In this document: positions 32,313-42,469 of the stretch, one piece after another
How the letters are laid out: every line of letters starts with the position of its first letter
How positions within the stretch are numbered: position 1 is the stretch's first letter
From: Escherichia phage HK1
Length of the DNA stretch: 44,319 bases
Direction: 5' to 3' (one strand)
Sequence record: PP514360
The notes under the pieces: model-generated
What the model was told of the DNA's origin: nothing
The model's input: only the letters and a program-made list of their open reading frames with translations
Databases searched by the model: none
Made by a program: the position numbers and the translations under genes

Positions 32313-34955
32313 ATGGCAGATCAGGCAGCGGGCATCACGCTCAAGGCGGACGTCGCGCAAATTAAAACGGCTAATACTGTGCTGGACACATTTGCGCAGA
32401 AATCCGAGAACACAGAACAGAAAGTAAAGAAATTAAACGACACACTCGGCAAGTCGAAAAAGGTCACTGGTGACGCCGCGGGCGGAATGGAAAAGTTAGC
32501 GACTGAATCGCAGCGCGCAGCCGACGGCATGACGAAACAGGAGCGACTCGCCAGCCGATTAGGCATGTCGACCAAAAACCTGGGATTCGCATCGCGGAAT
32601 GCCGCATTCCAGTTACAGGATATCGCGGTGACGCTTGAAATGGGTATGCCGGTGCATCGAGTCATGCTTCAGCAGTTACCACAGCTTACTGGGGCGTTTG
32701 GCGGGTTGGGGAATACGCTGCGTTATGTCGTCGGCACACTCGGCCCGTTAGGGATCGGCATCGCTGCATTAACGGCAACGATGGGCGTTGGCGTGTCGAT
32801 TATGTCCCGCGCGGAAAACCAAGTGGCGGCGCTTAACAAGACGCTGGCGCTGTCCGGTAATATTTCTGGCCTCACCGCTAACCAGATCCTGGTGCTATCT
32901 GAGAACGCCGAGCGTATGGGCGGGTCATTCCGCAAGACGCGTGACACCATTCAGTCACTGGCGGCGGCTGGTGTGAAAGCGGGTGCGGACTTCGGCGCAC
33001 TGGCGAAAGTGGTGAATGACTTCTCTAAGGTGTCCAGCCAGCCGATCGAAGAAGTTGTCGCGGCGGTAGCGAAGCTGTCAACCGACCCGGTAGGCGGCTT
33101 GCGCGCACTGGCGGATAAGTATCACGTCGTAAACGAAGCGCAGATCCAGCAAGTGCAGTCGCTTGTGGATATGGGTCGTGAGACAGACGCAGTTGCGCTG
33201 GCGAACAAAACCGCCGCGGCATCGTTCACCACTATGACCAACGATATCAAGGCGAACATGGGTACGCTTGAGCGTTCCATGAACGTCGTCACATCGGCAG
33301 CCAAATCAATGTGGGACGCCATTCTGGATGTTGGACGCGCGCAGTCCTCCAATGAGTCCGAGATGAAAGCGCGTGAATCCTTGCAGCGCATGACTACGGC
33401 TTACTATGCCGAGATGAAAGCGGTTAACGCTGCCGGTGGGGTAATGACTGAAGCGCAGAAAGCACGTATTAACATGCTTTACAGCGAACTGGTCGCCCAG
33501 GAAAAAGTAGTGGCGTCGCTCACCCTGCGTAACCGTGCGGAGCGAGACAACGCCCGCGCCGCGGACGAATCAGCAAAGGCGAACGAGGAGGCCAACCGCA
33601 CCGCCCGCGACCGCGCCGCGTTCGAGAAGGAGTACGCAACTAACGCGAAGAAGCGCGCCGACGAGATCGCCCGCCTCAATTTGCTGAATAAGCGCGGCGT
33701 TATTGATGAGAAAGAGCTTGCTGAGGCAGTTAAGCAGGTAAACGAGCGTTACAAAGACCCGGCCCCGAAGAAGGCCGCGGCTGTTCGCGTGGATGCCGGT
33801 ATGAAAATGCTGGAAGTCGCACGGAGCGAACTGGCCCAGCTTCGAGAATCAGGCAAGCAGATCGAAGCCAACGCATCTACGCAGACCCGCACGCAACGCG
33901 CTCAAGCGGCCTTAAACAAGCTGATCGCCGACAACGAGCAGTTAGTCGCCGCGAGTAAAGAAAGGGCGCTAACGGCAGCGGAAAAGCAGCAGATGGTGGA
34001 ATTTGGACGCGTGAAGGAAGTCCGCGAGCAGATCGTCGAAGAAGCCAAATTGCTGGATGCGAAAGAGAAGCAGATCAAAGCCCACGCGCAGGTCGACGCT
34101 TTCCTCAAGAATCAGAACGCCGAGATAAAGGCCACCGCTGCGGGCTACGCACTGTCTACGCGCGAAGCGGCTAACCTGCGTGAAGAATTGCAGCTAATCG
34201 ACCGCCTGAAGCGTGTAGGCGCTAACGATACCGATATTGACAAGGCGGTGTCTAAGCTGCGGGAAGTGCAGGAGGCGCAGACCGGCGCTAACGCCTCGCT
34301 ATGGGATGGATTCAGTCGCGGGCTTAAGGATAGCGTGGATGAAATGGGTAACGGATATACGCAGATGGCGTCGCTCACTAAATTCACGTTCAGCGCTATG
34401 CAAGACACGATGAACGAGTTTTTCGAGACGGGCAAGATTAACGCGAAGGATATGGTCAAATCCATCCTGAGCGAATTAATCAAGCTGGCTACATCGCAGG
34501 CATTCAAGTCCATCGTTAGCGCATTCGGTGGTGACGGCGGCAAAAACGGATTGTTCGGCGCTATCTTCTCTGGCCTGACTAAGAATGCGGACGGCGGAGC
34601 GTACGCAGGAGGCAATCTAGCAGCCTATTCGGGGAAAGTGGTAAGCCAGCCTACCTTTTTCAGTTATGGCGTCCAGGCGTTCGCTAAGGGCGCAGGGTTG
34701 ATGGGTGAGGCTGGACCCGAGGCCATCATGCCACTGAAGCGCGGGCCGGACGGTAAACTGGGCGTTGCCGCGTCTGGCGCAGGCGGTGGTATGGTCGTGA
34801 CGACTAACGTTTACACTGTGACCGGTAAAACGGATGCCAGTGTCAGCGGGCCGGACCCCCGTACCGCGCAGGCGTTCGGCAAGCAAATCACCGAGGCGGT
34901 GAAGGCTGAGATCGTGAAAGCGACGAAACCGGGTGGTGTACTTTACAAACGATGA
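32313..34955 (+). CDS. tail tape measure protein
   Basis: 880 aa, Ala/Gln/Glu-rich helical protein with a Gly-rich C-terminal region, between the chaperone pair and the M-L-K-I-J genes. Confidence 0.85.
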   Translation: MADQAAGITLKADVAQIKTANTVLDTFAQKSENTEQKVKKLNDTLGKSKKVTGDAAGGMEKLATESQRAADGMTKQERLASRLGMSTKNLGFASRNAAFQLQDIAVTLEMGMPVHRVMLQQLPQLTGAFGGLGNTLRYVVGTLGPLGIGIAALTATMGVGVSIMSRAENQVAALNKTLALSGNISGLTANQILVLSENAERMGGSFRKTRDTIQSLAAAGVKAGADFGALAKVVNDFSKVSSQPIEEVVAAVAKLSTDPVGGLRALADKYHVVNEAQIQQVQSLVDMGRETDAVALANKTAAASFTTMTNDIKANMGTLERSMNVVTSAAKSMWDAILDVGRAQSSNESEMKARESLQRMTTAYYAEMKAVNAAGGVMTEAQKARINMLYSELVAQEKVVASLTLRNRAERDNARAADESAKANEEANRTARDRAAFEKEYATNAKKRADEIARLNLLNKRGVIDEKELAEAVKQVNERYKDPAPKKAAAVRVDAGMKMLEVARSELAQLRESGKQIEANASTQTRTQRAQAALNKLIADNEQLVAASKERALTAAEKQQMVEFGRVKEVREQIVEEAKLLDAKEKQIKAHAQVDAFLKNQNAEIKATAAGYALSTREAANLREELQLIDRLKRVGANDTDIDKAVSKLREVQEAQTGANASLWDGFSRGLKDSVDEMGNGYTQMASLTKFTFSAMQDTMNEFFETGKINAKDMVKSILSELIKLATSQAFKSIVSAFGGDGGKNGLFGAIFSGLTKNADGGAYAGGNLAAYSGKVVSQPTFFSYGVQAFAKGAGLMGEAGPEAIMPLKRGPDGKLGVAASGAGGGMVVTTNVYTVTGKTDASVSGPDPRTAQAFGKQITEAVKAEIVKATKPGGVLYKR

Positions 34956-34962
34956 TAAAATG

Positions 34963-34994
34963 GCCCTCACATCCATCGTGGGGGCTTTTTTTTT
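34963..34994 (+). terminator. terminator/attenuator between tape measure and distal tail genes
   Basis: GCCCTCAC-atccatc-GTGGGGGC (one G-U pair) followed by T9. Confidence 0.5.
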
Positions 34995-35594
34995 ATGTCA
35001 CAAGGTACGATCACATTAACTAAGGATAGTAAGACCGTTACAGGCGCGGGGACGGCGTTCCTTAGCGAGATCGGGAAGGTACTCGTATTCGCCCGCATCG
35101 ACGGCAACGACTACACCGGCAAAATTGCGGCGTTCAACTCGAACACGGTCATTACACTGAAAGATAACTGGGCCGGTCCAACGAAATCCGGTGCGGTATA
35201 TGAGCTAATCGAAGCGCACGACCCTCGATCAAACGAATGGCCATACTACTGGCACATGCAATTGCAAGGCGGCGGAGACGTGCAGTTGGCTTTCCGGTCG
35301 GAGGAATTGCAATTCGGTAACGGTTACGGTCAGAACATCGCGGACGGCCCGAACGCCGAAACGAAACAATTTCCCGTGCAATTCGTCGGACTGACTACCG
35401 ACAAGTGGTGTAACCCTAAGCTGGTTTACAACTTCCTTCGCGGGCACTTTGTAAAACCGTTCATCGTCACCGCGCCGGATGGCGAGACAGGTTTATTCGT
35501 GGTCGAGCGTTCGAGCTTGTCGTACACTGACAACGGGCACTACACGGCAACCGTATCCGCCACCCTGAAAACAGCCATTGGATTCGTAAGATGA
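34995..35594 (+). CDS. minor tail protein (lambda M-like)
   Basis: 199 aa; first of the conserved M-L-K-I-J series after the tape measure. Confidence 0.7.
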   Translation: MSQGTITLTKDSKTVTGAGTAFLSEIGKVLVFARIDGNDYTGKIAAFNSNTVITLKDNWAGPTKSGAVYELIEAHDPRSNEWPYYWHMQLQGGGDVQLAFRSEELQFGNGYGQNIADGPNAETKQFPVQFVGLTTDKWCNPKLVYNFLRGHFVKPFIVTAPDGETGLFVVERSSLSYTDNGHYTATVSATLKTAIGFVR

Positions 35595-36379
35595 ATAAAC
35601 TATATCGTGAGGCGACGCGCTTTGACCCATCGGGCCGCGTTCGCCTGATTCATATTGACGCGCAGGACGTGGAACCAGGCGACGGCGCGATCGGAGCGGG
35701 CCATCACTATTTTCACTACTGCTTTATTCCGCACACTGCCGAGGATATTGCTGCCGCGGGGGGTGACGAGGATAAGCTAAAACCTAAATCAATCTTCTTC
35801 GGCGGGCAGGAGTTCGAATTTTGGCCCTTTGATTTGTCCGGCCTCAACTTCTCCACGACAACGGCAGCGGAACCGCAGCTGACCATTGTCGATATCGGCG
35901 GCATAATCACCCGGCTGTCGCTGAATCACGACCAGCTACTGGGCGCGAAGGTTGAGATCATTGATACGTTCGCGAAGTTCCTGGACAACGGGACAGATCC
36001 AGACCCGACGCAGAAACGAGTTCAGGAGTATTACATCGACTCGCAGGTCGGGCGCAATCCGGGCAAGCAAATCACATTTGCGCTATCCTCCCCCGCGGAT
36101 ATGGAAGGGCAGGTCGTCCCCCGTCGCCAAATCATGAATATGTGCGAATGGGCGCTAAACGGGAAGTACGCCAGCGGGGACGGGTGTACGTGGAACCTTG
36201 CGAAGCCTGGGATCAAGTATTACGACGAGCGTGGTAATGAAGTCATTGCGATGGATATGGACCGATGCGGCGGCTGTTTGTCCGACTGCTATCTTCGTTT
36301 TGGTCAGGGGCTTGCGGATCCTAAAGCTGCGGTGCTGGACTTCGGTGGTTTTCCTGGGTCCAAATTAATCAAGGGGTAG
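35591..36379 (+). CDS. minor tail protein (lambda L-like)
   Basis: 262 aa; C-terminal Cys cluster (CGGCLSDC); overlaps the upstream stop. Confidence 0.7.
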   Translation: MNKLYREATRFDPSGRVRLIHIDAQDVEPGDGAIGAGHHYFHYCFIPHTAEDIAAAGGDEDKLKPKSIFFGGQEFEFWPFDLSGLNFSTTTAAEPQLTIVDIGGIITRLSLNHDQLLGAKVEIIDTFAKFLDNGTDPDPTQKRVQEYYIDSQVGRNPGKQITFALSSPADMEGQVVPRRQIMNMCEWALNGKYASGDGCTWNLAKPGIKYYDERGNEVIAMDMDRCGGCLSDCYLRFGQGLADPKAAVLDFGGFPGSKLIKG

Positions 36380-36381
36380 CC

Positions 36382-37122
36382 ATGTTAACGAAAAAGGTTA
36401 AAAGCGATATCGCCGCGCACGTTGCGGCATGTCTGCCTGAAGAAGCCTGTGGCCTTGTTGTCATGGTGGGCCGCAAACAAGTATTTGTCCCGTGCATGAA
36501 CGTATTCGAAGACCCGACCGGCGTGCGTTCACGTAAAGACGCATTCACGATTAGTGATATGGCCTGGATGGATGCCGAGGATATGGGCGACGTCGTGCGC
36601 GTAGTCCACTCGCATCCGGGCCAGAGAGAGCTTACCCCCTCACTGGGCGACGTTAACGGATGCAACGGCAGCGGCGTAGTCTGGACCATCACTAACGAAT
36701 ATGGCGACTTTATCGAGATCGACCCTGAAGACCCGCCGCTGGTAGGCCGCCGATTTGTTCTCGGAATTACAGATTGTTATGGCCTCGTCATGGACTGGCA
36801 CAAAAAGCAGGGTGTAAACCTGCCAGACTTCCGCGTGCCGTATAACTGGTGGGAGACAGGCGAAAATCTGTATATGGATAATTGGTACGGTGCGGGCTTC
36901 AGGGAATGCGAGGAGAATACGCCGGGGGCAATGGTCATCATGCAGATTAGCGCGCCTGTGCCTAACCACGCTGGGATATTCCTTCCGGGCAACCAACTAC
37001 TACACCATATCTACGGCAGCCTGTCGAGCGTGATTCCCTTCCGGGCAGGATTTTTCCGCGACAATGTGGTTAAATGGGTACGTCATAAAGACCTACCAGG
37101 GAATATCACAGAATGGCAATGA
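36382..37122 (+). CDS. tail assembly protein (lambda K-like, JAB/MPN plus NlpC/P60-like)
   Basis: N-terminal ...EEACGLVVMVG...VHSHPG (JAMM-like HxH) and a C-terminal Cys/His region; position between L and I. Confidence 0.7.
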   Translation: MLTKKVKSDIAAHVAACLPEEACGLVVMVGRKQVFVPCMNVFEDPTGVRSRKDAFTISDMAWMDAEDMGDVVRVVHSHPGQRELTPSLGDVNGCNGSGVVWTITNEYGDFIEIDPEDPPLVGRRFVLGITDCYGLVMDWHKKQGVNLPDFRVPYNWWETGENLYMDNWYGAGFRECEENTPGAMVIMQISAPVPNHAGIFLPGNQLLHHIYGSLSSVIPFRAGFFRDNVVKWVRHKDLPGNITEWQ

Positions 37123-37730
37123 CCACGTTTAAATTGTACGGCGTCTTAGGGCGTCGTTTTGGTAAAGTGCATAAGCTGGACTGCTTCACACCGGGAGAAG
37201 GCATCACCGGCCTGTGTGTGAAGTTGCCAGGGCTACAAGACTTTTTAATGTCGGCCCACCTGGACAATATGATGTTCAAGGTGCGCAAAGGCAACCACAC
37301 GATGACCGGTTATGATGAGCTTGGCGAGTTCCACGGTAACCGCGTCGTCACCATCGCGCCGGTTATGACGGGGGCAAAAAGCGGACTGGGCCAGTTGCTG
37401 GCGGGTGTCGCGATTGTAGTGGCGTCGTTCTATACTGGCGGACTTGCTACTGCCGCTTTCGGGGCTTCGGCTGCAACCGCTGCCGCTATCGGTACGGCTA
37501 CATTTTCGTTTGGCATGTCGCTTGCGCTGGGCGGTGCTATGCAATTGCTGTCGCCGCAGCCGAAAGGATTGCAGACCCGGCAGGACGTGGATAACAAAGC
37601 GTCGTACGCGTTCGGCGGCCCTGTAAACACGACCGCGCAAGGCACGGCACTTGGTGTATTATGGGGCGAGCGTGAGATCGGCGGCGCTATTATTTCCGCA
37701 GGAATCGTAACCGAGGACTTGAACGAATGA
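37113..37730 (+). CDS. tail assembly protein (lambda I-like)
   Basis: 205 aa with a Gly/Ala-rich hydrophobic C-terminal half; overlaps the K-like stop; immediately upstream of the J-like gene. Confidence 0.65.
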   Translation: MAMTTFKLYGVLGRRFGKVHKLDCFTPGEGITGLCVKLPGLQDFLMSAHLDNMMFKVRKGNHTMTGYDELGEFHGNRVVTIAPVMTGAKSGLGQLLAGVAIVVASFYTGGLATAAFGASAATAAAIGTATFSFGMSLALGGAMQLLSPQPKGLQTRQDVDNKASYAFGGPVNTTAQGTALGVLWGEREIGGAIISAGIVTEDLNE

Positions 37731-40700
37731 CGATTGTCTATGACGTCACAGGCCATAAAGGCGGCGGTGGCAAACAGCACACCCCACAGGAGACACCAGA
37801 TAGCCTGCATTCTCTGGCTAAAATCCGCATCTTGCTTGCGCTGGGAGAAGGTGAGTTCGAAGGTATTCCAGACCCTAACGAATTACGGCGGCGCGTATAT
37901 CTGGACGGAACACCGATCCAGAATGCAGACCTGTCTGAAAACTTCCCCGGCGCGCGTGTGGAGTTCCGCCCCGGAACACAGCACCAGGATGTGATCCACG
38001 GATTTTCAGCGGTGGAAAGTGAGCAATCTGTCGGCGTAAAACTGGAAAACGGCACGCCGTGGGTGCGCCAGATTAACGACACCAGTTTGGACGCCGTGCG
38101 CATTCGCATAGGCATTCCGGCCCTATACACAAACGAAGATAATGGCGACCTGGTGGGCGGGCGCATCGACTATAAGATCGTTGTGTATACGGATAACGCG
38201 GACCCGCGTGAGTTCAGATTCGCCGCCGTTGGTAAAACAATGTCGCTATATGAGCGCGACCACCGCATCGAATTACCGCCGAACGTTAACACCGGCTGGC
38301 GCGTGGAGATGCACCGCATAACGGCAGACTCCACATCGGCGAAAGTGGTTAATGATATCCAGGTGCAATCCATCACTGAGATTATTGACGCCCGCCTGCG
38401 TTATCCGCTAACCGCGCTGTTGTTCGTGGAGTTCGACGCTAAAGCGTTCCAGAACATCCCGCGCGTGTCCATTAAGTGCAAAGGTCGCAAAGTTCTAATA
38501 CCGAACAACTACGACCCGATCAATCATACCTATTCCGGGGACTGGGACGGCACGTTTAAACGCGCATGGACAGATAACCCTGCGTGGCACTGGTACGATA
38601 TTTGTATTACTGAGCGCTTCGGCCTCGGTCGGCGTATCAAACCGCAAATGCTGAACCGGTACGCGCTCTACCAGATCGCGCAGCGCTGCGATCAGTTGGT
38701 CAGCGACGGCAACGGCGGACGGGAAATCAGATTTAAGAATGATATGTACATCCAGTCGCAGACAGACGCCTGGACCGTGCTTAAGGATTTAGCTGCCATC
38801 TTCGCCGGGATGACCTGGTGGGGAAACCAAATGTTGAATATCGTCAGTGACCAACCGGTCGCAGCAGTGTCGCACACTATCACCAACGCCTCGGTTATTG
38901 ATGGTCGATTCGACTACGCATCTGGCAGCCAGAAAACGCGGTACTCCACTTTCGCGGTAGCATACGGCAACCCGAAAAACCACTATGATGACGCTATCGC
39001 AACGGGCCAGCGCGTCGAACTGGTGCGCCGCCATAAGATTAACCGTCTTGATATAACGGCGATCGGCTGTACGCGCGAATCTGAAGCGCAACGCCGCGGA
39101 CACTGGGCGCTAATCTCCAACCAGTTGGACCAGCAGGTCAGCTTTAAGGTTGGCATGGAGGGGCTATTCTTTATTCCTGGTAGCGTAGTCGCGATCGCGG
39201 ATACTAATATTTCTGGCGGATTCGAGACTCGCGGCGGTCGCCTGTTGTCAGACCCTGGCACGCGTACCGTGCTTAACACAGACAGCGAAATCACATTCCG
39301 CCCTGGTGATAAGTTCCTGGTGCGCACCGATAGCGGAAATGTGGAGACTCGCGAGATCGCCAGTGTCAACGGCAACAAGGTAACGCTAAAAACCGCACTG
39401 GATGCCGACCCGATTCCAGGCCAACCGTTTTGCGTTGATGGCGATGATATCCAGTTGCAAAAATTCCGCATCACCGATCTGGAGTATGACGACTCTACGA
39501 GCACTTTCTCGGTGCGCGGGATTGAATACAACGATAGCAAATATGATGCCGTTGATAATGGCGCACGACTAGACCCAGGCATCTTTACGCAAGTGCCAGA
39601 CGGTGTATTGAAGGGGCCAGAATCCGTTACCATCACCCCGTCGCAGATCTCATCGCAAGGCCAGCTAATCACCAACGTGGATATTGTTTTCCCGCCGGTG
39701 AAGGATGCCGTGGTGTATGAAATCCAGTGGCGGCGTACAAGCCTGCAGAATATGGCGGTCCAGTGGGGTAACGACTGGGTGAATATCCCGCGCACGGCAT
39801 CGAACGGCGCGCACATTCCTAACGTGTTCTCCGGAAACTATCAGGCGCGCGTCCGTGCGATCGGTATGGGCGAGATTTCATCCCCGTGGGTGTCGTCCGC
39901 CATCACGCCGGTGGAAGGTCGCCTCGGTGGGCTTAACGCACCAATCATCACCAGCGCGATTTCGGGTCTGCATCAAATTCTATGGAAGTGGAACCACAAC
40001 AACGCCGCGACGGATATTTCTTACACCGAGCTTGAAGTCCGCAAGACGGGCGAAACGGAATGGAAGTTCTTAACAAACGTCCCGTATCCTGGCGCGGAGT
40101 ACGCGCAAACGTCGCTGGAGTTCGGAATTTACCAGCAGTTGCGCGCCCGTGTAGCGGATAAAATCGGCAACCTGTCGGACTGGTCGGCCCCGTTTGAAGG
40201 GCAGGTGAGTGACAAAGTTGACGAGTACATGAAGGGGCTTGATGACGAGTTCTTGACTTCCGAGGATGGTAAACGCTTCCAGGAAGCAATCGACACGATC
40301 CCGCAGGGTATTTACGAGGCGATGCTCACCGACGCGCAGCAATTGTTCAACGCCCGCGCCGAGTACAAGGGTATTTATGCGGAAATCAAGGTGGCGTATA
40401 ACGTTGCCACGGACGCCCACAAGGCAGTAGCGCAACTGGAAACGTTGATCGGCACACGACTTGATGATGCGGAGGCGTCAATCCACACGTTGCAGACAGC
40501 GCAAAGCACGCACGAACAAGCGTTCGCCCAGTACCAACAAACTGTCGCCGCTAAGTTTGGGGAGCAGGAAGCCGCCATCCAGCAGGTACAAACGGCAACG
40601 GCAGACGTAGCTGGCGCACTGGCGGAGTACAAGACCCAGGTCGCGGCACAGTTCGGTCAGCAGTCTGCCGCTATCGAGCAGAAGATGACGTCTTCGTTTA

Positions 40701-41173
40701 ACCATGCTGGTGGCAGCGCCACATATAGCCTTAAGGCTGGCGTGACGTATAACGGGGCTTACTACGATGCCGGTATGCAGCTTTCAGTTGTTGCGGAAGG
40801 TGGCTCGGTTAAATCCCGCATCGCGTTCAAGGCGGACCAGTTCTACATCATGCACCCATCTAATGGGTCGCTTTCGTCCGCGTTTATCGTTGACGGCGGT
40901 CAGGTGTACATTGACACCGCACGCATCAAGAACGCGTCTATCAACTTCGCGCAGATCACGGACACGCTGCAGTCGAATAACTGGAATCCGGGTCACAGCG
41001 GCTGGCGCATCCAGAAGGACGGCGGGGCGGAGTTCAACAACGTAACGGTACGAGGCAACTTGTTCGCTACTACTGGTAACTTCGGATTCTCTGGAGGGTC
41101 GGTACAGATCGACGCCACCGGCATTAACGTGCCATTACCGGGCGGGGGTAGGGTGAAAGTGGGGACGTGGTAA
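37727..41173 (+). CDS. tail tip / host specificity protein (lambda J-like)
   Basis: 1148 aa, largest ORF of the tail block, directly after the I-like gene. Confidence 0.85.
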   Translation: MTIVYDVTGHKGGGGKQHTPQETPDSLHSLAKIRILLALGEGEFEGIPDPNELRRRVYLDGTPIQNADLSENFPGARVEFRPGTQHQDVIHGFSAVESEQSVGVKLENGTPWVRQINDTSLDAVRIRIGIPALYTNEDNGDLVGGRIDYKIVVYTDNADPREFRFAAVGKTMSLYERDHRIELPPNVNTGWRVEMHRITADSTSAKVVNDIQVQSITEIIDARLRYPLTALLFVEFDAKAFQNIPRVSIKCKGRKVLIPNNYDPINHTYSGDWDGTFKRAWTDNPAWHWYDICITERFGLGRRIKPQMLNRYALYQIAQRCDQLVSDGNGGREIRFKNDMYIQSQTDAWTVLKDLAAIFAGMTWWGNQMLNIVSDQPVAAVSHTITNASVIDGRFDYASGSQKTRYSTFAVAYGNPKNHYDDAIATGQRVELVRRHKINRLDITAIGCTRESEAQRRGHWALISNQLDQQVSFKVGMEGLFFIPGSVVAIADTNISGGFETRGGRLLSDPGTRTVLNTDSEITFRPGDKFLVRTDSGNVETREIASVNGNKVTLKTALDADPIPGQPFCVDGDDIQLQKFRITDLEYDDSTSTFSVRGIEYNDSKYDAVDNGARLDPGIFTQVPDGVLKGPESVTITPSQISSQGQLITNVDIVFPPVKDAVVYEIQWRRTSLQNMAVQWGNDWVNIPRTASNGAHIPNVFSGNYQARVRAIGMGEISSPWVSSAITPVEGRLGGLNAPIITSAISGLHQILWKWNHNNAATDISYTELEVRKTGETEWKFLTNVPYPGAEYAQTSLEFGIYQQLRARVADKIGNLSDWSAPFEGQVSDKVDEYMKGLDDEFLTSEDGKRFQEAIDTIPQGIYEAMLTDAQQLFNARAEYKGIYAEIKVAYNVATDAHKAVAQLETLIGTRLDDAEASIHTLQTAQSTHEQAFAQYQQTVAAKFGEQEAAIQQVQTATADVAGALAEYKTQVAAQFGQQSAAIEQKMTSSFNHAGGSATYSLKAGVTYNGAYYDAGMQLSVVAEGGSVKSRIAFKADQFYIMHPSNGSLSSAFIVDGGQVYIDTARIKNASINFAQITDTLQSNNWNPGHSGWRIQKDGGAEFNNVTVRGNLFATTGNFGFSGGSVQIDATGINVPLPGGGRVKVGTW

Positions 41174-41180
41174 AGGAGAA

Positions 41181-41201
41181 GGGGCCATCCGGCCCCTTTT
41201 T
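41181..41201. terminator. bidirectional terminator between J-like gene and antisense cassette (GGGGCC-N-GGCCCC family)
   Basis: GGGGCC-atcc-GGCCCC followed by TTTTT on the plus strand; on the minus strand the hairpin follows the stop of the 321-aa gene. Confidence 0.6.
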
Positions 41202-42165
41202 AATAGATGTTAGGAATTACGAGTAACGGGGTGGGTACTGCAATATTTTTACCCGGCATTTGGAATTGCTGCCGTGAATAGTTGCCGATTACCCGGTTTT
41301 TGGCGATGCGCACATTACCGCCTGCCATTCGAATCCCGTTCATTCGAACGTGATTGTAGCCGCCGTTGTTCTCAATGAGCGCGCCGGTATACGAAAGCTG
41401 GACCAGGCTATTGCCTATGTACTGATCGCCGCCGCCGATATAGATAAGGCGGTCATAAACAAATGGCTTATTCACTGTTGAGAACGTGACCTGACCCTGG
41501 TTGTTTGTCATGGTGATGCCGTTTCCAGGGGTGGGTGGCGTATTGTTGAATATAACCAGGTCCATTTCAACGGCAGCGCCTACGTCGTCAATCCCGCCAT
41601 AGGACGCATTACGGACGATAATACTTCCGCCATCGAAGCCGACCGACACGTTTCCGTCGTCCCAGCGCGCGAATGGGACACCGCCTACAGGTAACGGCAT
41701 ACTTCCGTTCACCCACACGCGCTGCGCATATTGGCAGGTCATTAGCCTGGATACATTTGATATGGCGGTGAAGTCCGTCGAGTTCGCCACCAGTAACCCC
41801 GCGTTGCGCGAACCAACCGGCAACACTTCCATGATCACCCCGCCCCATGTTGGAAGCCCGCTATATGCGCCATATGCGTCTTCACCTCGCAAGGTGATTC
41901 CGCCATCCCCGTTACGTTGTACTGAGGTGACGTAGAAAGGGTCGGGCAAGACCAGTGTCTGGTCGAATACTTCTATAACTTCAACGGGGCTTGTGAGCGC
42001 GACGACCAGATCTGACCCTGGCGTTAGCTGAGTGTTAATAGTAAGCGTCTTATCAGACTGGCAGCGCTGATAGAATGAGGTACAGAATGACGGCGCGCGA
42101 AGTCCTGCGGTTATCTCCATGCGCGGCCTTCCGTCGTTGTAGTCGATAAGTATCCCAGCGCCCAT
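41200..42165 (-). CDS. hypothetical beta-rich protein (321 aa), co-transcribed with the lipoprotein; possible receptor-binding/host-range protein
   Basis: Minus-strand ORF rich in Gly/Asn/Val/Thr; ATG at 42165 overlaps the lipoprotein stop (TAATG); ends at a bidirectional terminator. Confidence 0.5.
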   Translation of the reverse strand: MGAGILIDYNDGRPRMEITAGLRAPSFCTSFYQRCQSDKTLTINTQLTPGSDLVVALTSPVEVIEVFDQTLVLPDPFYVTSVQRNGDGGITLRGEDAYGAYSGLPTWGGVIMEVLPVGSRNAGLLVANSTDFTAISNVSRLMTCQYAQRVWVNGSMPLPVGGVPFARWDDGNVSVGFDGGSIIVRNASYGGIDDVGAAVEMDLVIFNNTPPTPGNGITMTNNQGQVTFSTVNKPFVYDRLIYIGGGDQYIGNSLVQLSYTGALIENNGGYNHVRMNGIRMAGGNVRIAKNRVIGNYSRQQFQMPGKNIAVPTPLLVIPNIY

Positions 42166-42389
42166 TACTTCCACTCCCGTGATTTAACTGAAACAGTGCC
42201 GGAAAAATTGCCGTCACTATCGGCAGACAGCCCAGTGAATCGCAAGTCCACATCCCCGGAGGGCACTTTTTGCCCGTCAACGTAGCGCAACATGCAGCTA
42301 CCGTAAGCCATAGTAATGCAATCGCCGTTGTTGCGTTCTACAGCACAGCCGGACAACATAACCGCACAAATCATAATTAAAGTTTTCAT
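42165..42389 (-). CDS. small outer-membrane lipoprotein (Cor/Llp-like superinfection-exclusion candidate)
   Basis: MKTLIMICAVMLSGC: signal peptide with LSGC lipobox; 74 aa; AGGAAA SD; promoter with ATTGGTTGCAT motif at 42421-42448; antisense between the J-like and tail fibre genes. Confidence 0.5.
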   Translation of the reverse strand: MKTLIMICAVMLSGCAVERNNGDCITMAYGSCMLRYVDGQKVPSGDVDLRFTGLSADSDGNFSGTVSVKSREWK

Positions 42390-42420
42390 GGTATCATTTC
42401 CTATATTTGGTTGAGTTTTA

Positions 42421-42448
42421 GTATTACACCGCTCGACCATTAATGCAA
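42421..42448 (-). promoter_or_regulatory. sigma70-like promoter of the lipoprotein cassette with ATTGGTTGCAT motif
   Basis: Minus strand ATTGGTTGCAT; TTGCAT-16 nt-TAATAC; downstream sequence AATGGTCGAGCGG resembles AATTGGTCGCG at the 5836-5864 promoter. Confidence 0.4.
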
Positions 42449-42469
42449 CCAATTTATGAGGATTCAGCT

